Shown: piece by piece, positions 11,603 to 20,552 of the stretch
Layout: the number at the start of each line of letters is the position of its first letter
How positions within the stretch are numbered: the first letter of the stretch is position 1
From: Trypanosoma brucei
Lineage: Eukaryota
Direction: 5' to 3'
DNA length: 64,000 bases
Assembly (NCBI GenBank): GCA_000002445.1
Contig: AL929603.2
Span: forward strand, 896,001 to 960,000
Made by a program: the position numbers and the translations under genes
Notes under the pieces: model-generated
What the model saw: the letters and a program-made list of their open reading frames with translations, nothing else
Told to the model about the DNA's origin: nothing
Database searches by the model: none

Positions 11603-12099
11603 GGAGTGAATGGCATTTCGGCCCCCCCCCCAAAAAAAAAACATGTGCAGTGTGTGACGGTTTTCCTCCTTTTCAATTTGCTTTCCCTGAATATAAACAA
11701 GTATTACACATGTATATGTGTTTGCTTGTGTTATGTGCTGCCCCACAGACGCTTTAACTGAGCCTCGTGTCTTTTATCGTTTTTTTTTTGCGATCTTTTC
11801 ATCTCCTATTGAGTTATTTCCTGATCTGGATTCTGTTTCCCTTTTGTATTGTGTGGACATTTCCCCCCTTTTTTGAAAGGATGCGGCTTAGTGCCGAGGA
11901 CAACCGCACCAACACACATCATAGGGGTCGGAAGAATTTGTGACGAAGAAGTGCAGTTAACATATCTCTATCTATACATCTATCTATATATATTGTACGC
12001 ATATACATATATCTCACCGAAGGGAGAACGGGAAAGGAGTGGTGGTTGTGTTGGCACCGTAGAGTAACCAACAACCAAACGGGCAAATTGTAAATCCAC

Positions 12100-12966
12100 A
12101 TGCCCATCACTGGACCGTCACATTCGCTTCGGTTTGGACCCGATGATACCGGCAGGGAGGGATGCTCTCAAGGGCCATTATTGGGCACATCAACCGGGCA
12201 GTCCCGTCTCGATGGGAGCAGCGCATCACTGAATGCCATTGCTCGATTTCGTTCTTTGGATAGATCTTTTCCCGTTGCGCAAGCTCTACGACAGAGGGTG
12301 AGGGGACCAGAACCTGCCGCCCCAACATCCGCAATTCAGCGCGCCGCCCCTCTCAGTAATGAAAATTCCGGCATTAACCGATCGGGAATCAACAACACCC
12401 GCGGCTCGTCGGTGGTTTCACCATATGGCATAGGCCCAGCTGCTCTTGTCTACCCAACTCATTCACAAACATCAGCGGTGGAATCCATGTCCCGGTCATC
12501 ATCGTCATCGTCGTCATCGTCATTGCCTCCTCGGCAACTAAATGAGTTGTGGCAGATGGTACGAGATCTCAGGGCAGAAAATGCTGTACTGCAGCAGCGA
12601 GTTGGTATATTGATGGAGGGCGGTGATGAGAAATTTGAGGAGACACTGCAGGGCATTCCACTGCATGGGACTGAGCATGAAAAGAATACCACGGGAGTAT
12701 CTTCAAATAACACCACCACTACCACCAGTGCCGCACGTCCTAGCAGTGAGAAAGCTGGTGCAGTTTCCGATACTACACTTCTCAGCGAAGGAAGTGGAGG
12801 TAAGAATGGACATATGACACCATATCTATTTGCAGAGAGGGAAGCGATGCTAAAGCGAATACGGCGGTTGGAAGCGGCACTAAAGTTGGAGGCGATGGAA
12901 CGTGATGCGCTGGAACTGCGGTTGAGAGCTCAGGAACGTGTACTTGCCCGGTTTGTGCAACAATGA
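12100..12966 (+). CDS. Hypothetical protein, 288 aa, poly-Ser stretch and C-terminal coiled coil
   Basis: ATG confirmed at 12100, and it is the first in-frame ATG after an upstream polypyrimidine tract (11780-11880); a short out-of-frame uORF ATG lies at 11882. Heptad-like regions are LNELWQMVRDLRAENAVLQQRV and RIRRLEAALKLEAMERDALELRLRAQE. Confidence 0.5.
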   Translation: MPITGPSHSLRFGPDDTGREGCSQGPLLGTSTGQSRLDGSSASLNAIARFRSLDRSFPVAQALRQRVRGPEPAAPTSAIQRAAPLSNENSGINRSGINNTRGSSVVSPYGIGPAALVYPTHSQTSAVESMSRSSSSSSSSSLPPRQLNELWQMVRDLRAENAVLQQRVGILMEGGDEKFEETLQGIPLHGTEHEKNTTGVSSNNTTTTTSAARPSSEKAGAVSDTTLLSEGSGGKNGHMTPYLFAEREAMLKRIRRLEAALKLEAMERDALELRLRAQERVLARFVQQ

Positions 12967-13534
12967 GGTCTCATGGTCTTATCATACTGAAGCTGAGTCG
13001 GCGGATATCTGATCATGATTTGTAGGTGTACGAGGGGAAAAATGGAGAAGGAGAGGGGGAAGGGGGAGGGAGGGAGGGGAAAGTATAAAAGACGTGTCCA
13101 TGTGGAAAAAAAAAAAGGAAGGGGCTACTATGTTTTTATTCAAAAGCAGATTTAATAAGCGAATGCACATCTTGTTTTGCACTGTTTTTTTTTTTCGCCC
13201 GCTACTGGTTGTTCCTGGTGGTCTATATATCGAAACATCCGAGGTTCCACGTGGTATGTACGGGGGTACCATTCGCTTTCTCTGCCCACCCCCCACTCCC
13301 CTTGCCCCCGTTCCCTTATCGTGACTTTGCTACTGTTACCGTCAGTGCTATTATTATTTTTATTATTGTTACTTGTTGTTTCTTTCCACTTCACTAACTG
13401 CTAAAAAGGTGTGAGAAGGAGCGTGCCAGGGAACAGTCATCAGGTGCCACCACTTCTCTGGCTCCTATTTTCCCCCCCTCCGCGTTCCTCCGTCTATTTT
13501 ACGGAGTCATATTAGTTGAAAAGGGTTCAGAAAA

Positions 13535-15871
13535 ATGCAAAAAACCCCTCGATTAACGACGCGAAACCTCTTTGACGAGGTATTTGCCACTATTCCTGCA
13601 GATGTAGTTCTGAACACCGGGCCCGCCTCTCTGAGGGAGAAATACGCCCTGATGGAGAGTATTCAGGCTGAAAATGAAGAACAAAATACTGACGGCATTA
13701 CTTTTACCACTGAGGAAGGGGGCGACAACGGCTCTGCGGCAGACGACCCGGGCCCTAACGGTAATTTGACGGAAGAAGGCATTTTAGATTTCAGCGCGGT
13801 AATGCGCCATGCAGCCAAAAGGACAGAGGAGCAGCAGCATGGGGATCAAGAGCAGGGAGGGGAAGTTCACCGTACGATTGATCTGCAGCTCGACGCTGAG
13901 GACGAGGCGGTGCAGGAGGCTATGAAGTACGCTTCGTTGTTTGACGATGTTGAACAGCCGCAACGTCAGCAGTCCGTTGGGGTTGACGCTGATGGTAATG
14001 AAGGTGGGGATGGAATTGTTAATAACACTGGAGATGGCGGGCCAGGCGTTGGGGCTTCCAGTAAAGGTACAGCAGGAGGGATGTTTACTTCCTCGCACGG
14101 CACAAGACACCATACGATGCAACATCAACATCAACATCAACAGACAAGTGGTTCTGCACAAAACGCGCCACGCAGGCAGCTTACGGCGGAAGAGCAGATT
14201 GCGTTAATGTGCCCTGGGGACGGGAGACGTCATACAGGGCGTTGTGTGTTGTTCAGACAGAACAAAAATTTTGGTTTCATTGCGCCGGACATAGGAAACC
14301 CAGATGTGTATTTCACACGGGAAAGCATTGAATTCACTTTCACTCGCCGTGTACTGGAAGCGTTTTTTGGCATGCCGGTGAGCGCTAACGCGCAGCATAG
14401 AGAAGGAGGAAGAGATGACGGAGTGGATAGCCGCCAGTCCCATCGTCGCCAGCGCCGGCATGGAAGTGAGACAGTTTCTAACACGAGTGGCACCAACAAT
14501 TGCAACAACGAGGGAAGTGGAAATGAGGCCGTGCTTGACGGGTTTGCCATTGCAGAAAGGAATATTGAAAGTAGTTGCACGGGTGAAGTTATCAGGGAAG
14601 AGCAACCGGCTTTGCCTGTGGCTGAGACTAATGCGGGTGGGGAAGTCTCGCTAGAGCAACCTCCAGATTCCGATACGGTGACCTCAAGAGGGGATAAGAA
14701 GGGGAATGGAGTTAAGGCGATGACAACAGTTGGGGTTAGTGAAATAGTGCAGACTGAAGAGGTTAAGGAAAAACCCGATGATGGAAGTGCGGGAAGTGGG
14801 GATAATGGTGGAACTGTTGCCAATGCAGAAGCGAACGATATGATCCAGAGGGCTGCTGCACTCCTTACCCCCGAGGCAGCTCGACTGCTTGCGCTCTTCC
14901 TACAAGTTGGTCAACCCGTTTTGTTGGTGGGGGAACCCTTGACATTTACGGTGCGGTGGAACACTTCTGTTAACCGGACAAACAGACGGTTGCGAGCTGA
15001 CAACATCGGTGGTCTTCCAATAAATCATCACGCATTAGCGATTGAGCAATCTTGGTTTAGTTTCGTCTTTAATCCTGGAGCCGAGCGCGGGCGAGACGGA
15101 AGGGGGAATCGGAACCAAGGCGTGCCAACGGAAGGATCGCCATCAGCCTCAGCGGGGGAAAGTGTGCCCGAAGAAAAAAAAGGTGGTGCTGAAGAGAAGG
15201 TATCGGTTCCCGGGAAGGAAGGGGGCCCAGAGACCGGGGATGCGGTGCAGAAGCAAGGGGGAAATGGACTAATGGAAGGAGGGGATAGTGGAGGTGTGAC
15301 GGTAAAGGAAAATGAGGGGGGGAAGAAGGAGAAGCGGAGGGAACGGGACAAAGGTGGGACAGGAAGCGAACGACCGGTTTGTTCTGTTCTTCGGCGCTAT
15401 CGCGGGGTTATTTACGTTTACGATGCGGATGAGCACCGGGGTCACATTCGCCCTGAAGTGAACGGCTCCTCAACGGTACAATTTAGCAGTGATGCTTTCC
15501 TATGGGCGTCATGGATGGAGGCCGGCAGGCGTCGCCCCGCGGAAGGGCTCGTGGTGAATTACTCTCTTGGTGGCACAAATAAGGGTGGTAAACACATTGC
15601 GACATTAATCACTGCCACTGACGACACTGCTCTGAGTGATACAAACTTGGTGTGGGAGACGAAAGTGGCAAATGAGAGAGCACTCAATATCGGCAGGACA
15701 GCTAGTGGTAATGGCAGCAGAGTGGAGAACGGTGATGGGGACCGGCGTAACGGCGGTGCCGGTGGTGCTACGGGCGCTGGTGGAAATCGTGACGAAGGAG
15801 CAAAGGGGCGAAAGCGTGGACGTGATGAAGAGTTACCATTGCTGGAGGAGGACGACTACGGCATCATGTGA
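13535..15871 (+). CDS. Large cold-shock-domain protein (two CSDs) with Gly/Arg-rich C-terminal tail
   Basis: ATG at 13535 follows a polypyrimidine tract (13290-13500). CSD-1 at ~14236-14340 reads GRCVLFRQNKNFGFIAPDIGNPDVYFTRESIEF, matching the cold-shock consensus (G.V.WFN..KGFGFI..D.G.DVFVH.S.I). CSD-2 at ~15400-15510 reads RGVIYVYDADEHRGHIRPEVNGSSTVQFSSDAF. The C-terminus is RGG/GAG-like (NGGAGGATGAGGNRDEGAKGRKRGRDEE). Confidence 0.65.
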   Translation: MQKTPRLTTRNLFDEVFATIPADVVLNTGPASLREKYALMESIQAENEEQNTDGITFTTEEGGDNGSAADDPGPNGNLTEEGILDFSAVMRHAAKRTEEQQHGDQEQGGEVHRTIDLQLDAEDEAVQEAMKYASLFDDVEQPQRQQSVGVDADGNEGGDGIVNNTGDGGPGVGASSKGTAGGMFTSSHGTRHHTMQHQHQHQQTSGSAQNAPRRQLTAEEQIALMCPGDGRRHTGRCVLFRQNKNFGFIAPDIGNPDVYFTRESIEFTFTRRVLEAFFGMPVSANAQHREGGRDDGVDSRQSHRRQRRHGSETVSNTSGTNNCNNEGSGNEAVLDGFAIAERNIESSCTGEVIREEQPALPVAETNAGGEVSLEQPPDSDTVTSRGDKKGNGVKAMTTVGVSEIVQTEEVKEKPDDGSAGSGDNGGTVANAEANDMIQRAAALLTPEAARLLALFLQVGQPVLLVGEPLTFTVRWNTSVNRTNRRLRADNIGGLPINHHALAIEQSWFSFVFNPGAERGRDGRGNRNQGVPTEGSPSASAGESVPEEKKGGAEEKVSVPGKEGGPETGDAVQKQGGNGLMEGGDSGGVTVKENEGGKKEKRRERDKGGTGSERPVCSVLRRYRGVIYVYDADEHRGHIRPEVNGSSTVQFSSDAFLWASWMEAGRRRPAEGLVVNYSLGGTNKGGKHIATLITATDDTALSDTNLVWETKVANERALNIGRTASGNGSRVENGDGDRRNGGAGGATGAGGNRDEGAKGRKRGRDEELPLLEEDDYGIM

Positions 15872-16189
15872 GGGATATATTTTAGTGTCAAATCATCGCG
15901 GTTGAGAAAAAAAAAAGAAAAGGTCTCAGCGAGCAAGAACACGCATGCCGGAAAAAAAAAGAATTGGTCATTCTTACAGCCGGGTATACCCATGTGTATG
16001 TGTGTGTGGTGTTCTTCACCTCCAAAATAGTTTGGAGCTGGGGTGTCCATCTCATTTTTGTCGCAATGGTGTATACTTTCGGTTTTCACATCTGTCGCAA
16101 ATGTTATATTACGTTGCACCACGTACTTTCTTCTCACCCTCACTTTTTATGTCTTATGCGCATCAGATTATAGAAAGAGGACAAATAAA

Positions 16190-16265
16190 ACAAAGCGAAC
16201 TCTCTTATACTCCTTATTATTTACCTAACTTGGTTTTTATAGCTCTGTTTGTACCGTACCTTGCC
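16190..16265 (+). promoter_or_regulatory. Polypyrimidine tract / candidate splice-acceptor region upstream of ABC-like gene
   Basis: ctcttatactccttattatttacctaacttggtttttatagctctgtttgtaccgtacc then AG. Confidence 0.4.
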
Positions 16266-16323
16266 GGAGTGATTGTGGAGGGGAGTATTCGCTGTTCGAC
16301 AAACACCGAAACAGCCACGACGA

Positions 16324-19161
16324 ATGACGACAACTCAAGGTGAAGTAATCTCCACCACTTTTTTCAGCAGCAAGGCTCTACTGAAATCCCTGCAAGATGT
16401 GAGCCGCAGCCTCCACATAAGTGGTAATCAATTTCTGCCGCCCAACACCGTTTTGCTTTGTGCCGTCGGTTTAGGCTTTTTGGTTGATGGCGTTTATACT
16501 GCAACCGTGTGGTTTCGAAACCGACGGGCCCTTAATGTGGAACGTGCCGTCAACCATCATAATGGGCCGGTGAAGTTTGTGGTGACCGATGAGTTAGAGG
16601 ACCGCGACGAGGAAGCGAAAGCGTGTTTAGTGCAGCAGTACAGTGACGAGTTATGCAAAGCAATTCTTGGGGCGCCGCGGACGTCACCAGGCTCATGGGC
16701 CAGATCTCCCCCTGCAGACGCCGTCGCCGAGTACGAGACACTTCCTGAGCCGATTCGACTGCTGTGGGAGGACCGTGTGAGGTACACTTTGGACGCGCGT
16801 GAGGTCGTGGGTCTTCTGCGCAGGCGGCTGGAGCCTCACTTGGCCGGGTCGAGGTACGGGCCCAGTGCCGCTCTGATGGCATTATTGTGGCGTTTGCAGC
16901 TCCTGCGCACCGTTCACGAGTCTATAGTGATCGCCGGAGACGTGGGACGGTGCAATGCCGAGTTGACCGAACTTGGAAAGCACACAGGAGCTCTTTATCG
17001 AGAGTTTATTTCTACGTTACACGCACCGGTGCGGGTCCCCTTCGACTCTTGCTGGGAGTGTTTGTCCGCCGAAGACGACCGGTTGCGTGGGCAGGCAAGG
17101 GCGTTACAGCTGCGCAACCTTTGGAGTCTCACCAGATATGTGTTTGCAGGGGGGCTCGATAAGTTATGCACTTACGGTATGGTGGGACTGCTCACTGCTT
17201 TTGCTGCCCGTAGTGCGAGTGCGATTTGTACAATCAGGGTGGACGTGGAGCAACTTCTTCCTAATCTCTTTGGCACCGCTGCTTCCATCAATACTGGGGG
17301 AACCACCGGGGACGGTGCCATCGTCTCATGGACTGCCATGCACATCGTCGTAGCGCGTCTTCTCGTTTCCGAGTGGATGTTGCACATGTTGCGTCTGGGA
17401 ATCACACGGGTAACACAGGACTACACCCACGCCTCTGCTGCATGGCGCAGGGACACTGTGAAGCACCGACTATACGATGCACTCACGCGGACACCCTTAA
17501 GTTACTTCGACAAAACGGAACGTTACGCTGTTGAGGAGATTGTGTACTACGTTAATGACCTTGAGGGGGTTGATGTTTTTGTGCATGACTTCTTTACGCG
17601 GCTGGCACAGTCTGGCATTTCATTGTGTGTGGCATTAAGGGTGTTAGACATGCGGAGTGCGGTGACCGTTATGGGAGCGGTTGCTGGAGCAAGTCTTTTA
17701 AATGCTAGCCTGAGTTTTCTCAAGAAGACCTACTGCGCCCTCTCATATTGTAATGGGATTGGGTTTGAGGCGGTTGACAGCCCGTCGGATGCAGAGGAGG
17801 AGGAGAATCGGAAAGATACAACAGACCACCTGATGTTCTGTGGGATGGACATTATCGAGCACATCCCCGAGCTGCGCCCGTACGGCGCTGACACCAAACT
17901 GATGGAATGGTGGAACAACTACACCGCTCACTACCGACGGCGTTCCTGTGGCCTGCGTCGTGTTTTCCAATTAACCTATAACTCCCGCTACCTTTGGGCG
18001 ATTGACGCTCTTAAACCGGTCGCACGGTGGCTTCTTCCCGCTATTGTCGCTGCGAATGCTGCGGGCACGTGTCAAATACAAGTCTTTCTTCTTGAGGCAA
18101 TACGGGCCTCGCAGGATGTATTGGAGCGTGTGGTGGACGTTCAGCGTGTTGTGGACGTAGTGGGATATAATGCATACAAGGCTGGGGTGCTTGAACGTAT
18201 CCTCGACTCCAAGAATTGGGAGGATGGAGACACCGCGGAGAGGATCTGTGAGCATACGAATAAGGGCAATATCAGTGATACTACTGCACTTACTTGTGAT
18301 ATGAATGGCGGTACGTATAAGAAAAACAAGGAAGATGGAGAGTTGAGGCTTAAAGGAAACGACGTGGAGGTGCTGGCTGTTCGCGCGAACGGTTTGCAGT
18401 TTCGTTATCCAACAGCACCAACTGTTGATGCCTTTCTGAAGCCCGCTTCGTTTCAATTTGAGTTGAGGAATAGGACGACAGGTCTTGGGCGGCTTGTGTG
18501 CATCACGGGAGTTAGTGGCTGCGGCAAAACAACACTCCTGCGCCTTCTATTGGGGCTTTACGCGCCGGAGAACCCCAACACTCTCCTTCTTGAGTTTCGG
18601 TTGCGACGGCATCATGTGTCGGAATCCAACGGAGGGGGAACGGGTAATAGCGGTAATAAAGAGCAGTGGGCTCCAGTTGAGCTTATACCGCGAGCTCAGC
18701 TTCGGTCTACTTTTTTCAGCTACGTGCCACAGGCCCCAACTATATTTCCTGGCGCGACCATAGCCCAGAATGTCTCACTTCGGAACCGCGTTTCAATTAC
18801 GGATACGTTGGTCCTTGAGCGGGTGCGTGTCTGCACGGAGGCTGCGGGTTGCGGTCATTTCATTAAGCGCTTGCCAAATGGTATCATGACGCCACTGTGC
18901 GTGAATGTTGGTTGGGCGACGCCCGATGCCGTGCGACTGAGTTGTGGTCAGGGGCAGAGACTAATGTTAGCTCGTGCTCTATTCCACTGTTCCAGTGTAC
19001 TTTTGTTGGATGAACCCACAGCAGGGTTAGACAGTGAGACGAAGAAAGCAGTCATGTCACAGTGGCGTGAGTTGCTGTCTTCTGGACTCGTGGGTGGTAT
19101 CATATGCGTGTCGCATGACGCCGATGTGTTGCAAATGGCGGATGAGACCGTAACATTGTGA
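16324..19161 (+). CDS. ABC-type ATPase-like protein: hydrophobic N-terminal region plus single C-terminal nucleotide-binding domain
   Basis: The ORF-track start 16273 is a TTG codon; the first in-frame ATG is 16324 (MTTTQGEV). Walker A is GVSGCGKTT (~18505-18540), the ABC signature is LSCGQGQR (~18938-18961, a variant of LSGGQ), Walker B is VLLLDEPTAGLD (~18995-19030) and the H-loop is ICVSHD. Several hydrophobic segments N-terminal to the NBD suggest a half-transporter-like layout, but the N-terminal region (~700 aa) is longer than a typical transmembrane domain. Confidence 0.7.
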   Translation: MTTTQGEVISTTFFSSKALLKSLQDVSRSLHISGNQFLPPNTVLLCAVGLGFLVDGVYTATVWFRNRRALNVERAVNHHNGPVKFVVTDELEDRDEEAKACLVQQYSDELCKAILGAPRTSPGSWARSPPADAVAEYETLPEPIRLLWEDRVRYTLDAREVVGLLRRRLEPHLAGSRYGPSAALMALLWRLQLLRTVHESIVIAGDVGRCNAELTELGKHTGALYREFISTLHAPVRVPFDSCWECLSAEDDRLRGQARALQLRNLWSLTRYVFAGGLDKLCTYGMVGLLTAFAARSASAICTIRVDVEQLLPNLFGTAASINTGGTTGDGAIVSWTAMHIVVARLLVSEWMLHMLRLGITRVTQDYTHASAAWRRDTVKHRLYDALTRTPLSYFDKTERYAVEEIVYYVNDLEGVDVFVHDFFTRLAQSGISLCVALRVLDMRSAVTVMGAVAGASLLNASLSFLKKTYCALSYCNGIGFEAVDSPSDAEEEENRKDTTDHLMFCGMDIIEHIPELRPYGADTKLMEWWNNYTAHYRRRSCGLRRVFQLTYNSRYLWAIDALKPVARWLLPAIVAANAAGTCQIQVFLLEAIRASQDVLERVVDVQRVVDVVGYNAYKAGVLERILDSKNWEDGDTAERICEHTNKGNISDTTALTCDMNGGTYKKNKEDGELRLKGNDVEVLAVRANGLQFRYPTAPTVDAFLKPASFQFELRNRTTGLGRLVCITGVSGCGKTTLLRLLLGLYAPENPNTLLLEFRLRRHHVSESNGGGTGNSGNKEQWAPVELIPRAQLRSTFFSYVPQAPTIFPGATIAQNVSLRNRVSITDTLVLERVRVCTEAAGCGHFIKRLPNGIMTPLCVNVGWATPDAVRLSCGQGQRLMLARALFHCSSVLLLDEPTAGLDSETKKAVMSQWRELLSSGLVGGIICVSHDADVLQMADETVTL

Positions 19162-20154
19162 GCGACTCGCTGCTGCTGAAATTGCATTACTCGCAAAACT
19201 AATTGATGCCAATGTGTGGCAGTACATATGTGTGGAGGTAGTTGGGGTATGATGGCGGAAATTTAATACATGAAGCTGACAGCGGTATCGACATTCGTGG
19301 CGTGCTGTTATTTCCAGTTTTGTCATCTCCTTTTGTCTCGTTTTATTTTTATTTTCATGCACATGATCCATTTTCCCTCCGTAGTGTTATGCGCTCTCTT
19401 TGCGTGTCATAATGCCATTTGGTGCATGCACGAATTGTGCGGGTTGGCGTTAGAAGTGATGGGATCAACGTTGGTGGGTATGGGGGGGGGAGGTAAGGGA
19501 GTAACGAAGGCTTTTATGTTTCGTCGCCGTTCACATTAATATTTATCAACAGTTCTACGTGTGGAGCGTGAAGGAAATTTCATTTGGTTCCCTTCAACTT
19601 TTTCCAGCTTCCAGTATCTCCGCTTGTTCGTTGTTTGATTGTTTGTTTTTCCTTTTCATTTTCGTCCCTAAGATTGTTTGTGACATTTTAGTTTGTCTGA
19701 ATACCGCAGTTAGTGAACTTTTTGTCGTCGTATCGTCGTATTATTATTATTATCATTATTATTATTTTTTGGTCACTGGTCTGACTTTTTTAAAAAAGGA
19801 AAAGAAACAGTGGGGGAAGGAAATAGGCATAAATCTGTGTACGAGTGTTTTTCTTTTTTCGTATGTGTGTGTGTGTGTGTGTTCCCCCTTTCCGATTTTG
19901 TGTTAAACCCTTCGAGCTGTTTGGACGTGTCAGACAAACGTTCCGCTCGCTTATTCCATCGGTCTTCGTGATCCCATTTTCCTTTTTTTTTTTTGGGGGG
20001 GGACCAGTACGCGTGTGCGTTTACGCTAAATCACATTGGTTTTCCTTGGGTTTGATCTTCTTTTCCTTCTTCCCTTCTGTCCCATTTTTTTCTTTTTGGT
20101 TTATCGTATTGTACTTATGTGTTTGTGTGTGCCTACTACAAACGTATGCGTGCG

Positions 20155-20175
20155 TCTCTCTCTCTCTCTCTCTCT
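20155..20175. repeat. (TC)n microsatellite
   Basis: tctctctctctctctctctct, visible directly inside a pyrimidine-rich intergenic region. Confidence 0.9.
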
Positions 20176-20179
20176 GTGG

Positions 20180-20330
20180 GTTGTGTGTTTCCGTGTTCAA
20201 CATGTACTTCTTTTTCACCCCATTATTCGTGCATCTGCGTGTCAATTCTGTATTTTACCTTTCCTTCTTTCACTTTCTTACTTCTTTTCTCTCTCCATCT
20301 CCCTGCCCATTTTCATGTATTCATGCGCGT
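20180..20330 (+). promoter_or_regulatory. Polypyrimidine-rich region upstream of K+ channel gene
   Basis: Extended C/T-rich sequence (ttcaccccattattcgtgcatctgcgtgtcaattctgtattttacctttccttctttcactttcttacttcttttctctctccatctccctgcccattttc). Confidence 0.4.
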
Positions 20331-20552
20331 GGTATAAAATGTACACATGTGCATATATGCACAAACAATGACAATACGAAAACAAATGATGTAGTGGGAC
20401 TGGTACCCACATCATCCTCCCCTCGAACTTTTTCAAAAAACCAGAGGTTGAAACGGTTGTGTGGGTTCAGCGCGCGTGAGTGGGAAGGTAAACTGTAAGT
20501 AATTTTTCAAATCGAGGAGGCGGAAGTGAAGGAGGTGGGGAGGGAAGTGTGC

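Noticed and set aside
16273-16323. Upstream 17 codons of the ABC-like ORF
   Set aside because: The ORF-track start corresponds to a TTG codon, so the first ATG (16324) was preferred. No evidence for non-AUG initiation.
19845-20498. 217-aa + ORF
   Set aside because: Pyrimidine-rich intergenic low complexity (FFFF, CVCVCV, SLSLSL, read from TC and GT repeats) that is the upstream region of the K+ channel gene. It also starts at a non-ATG codon.
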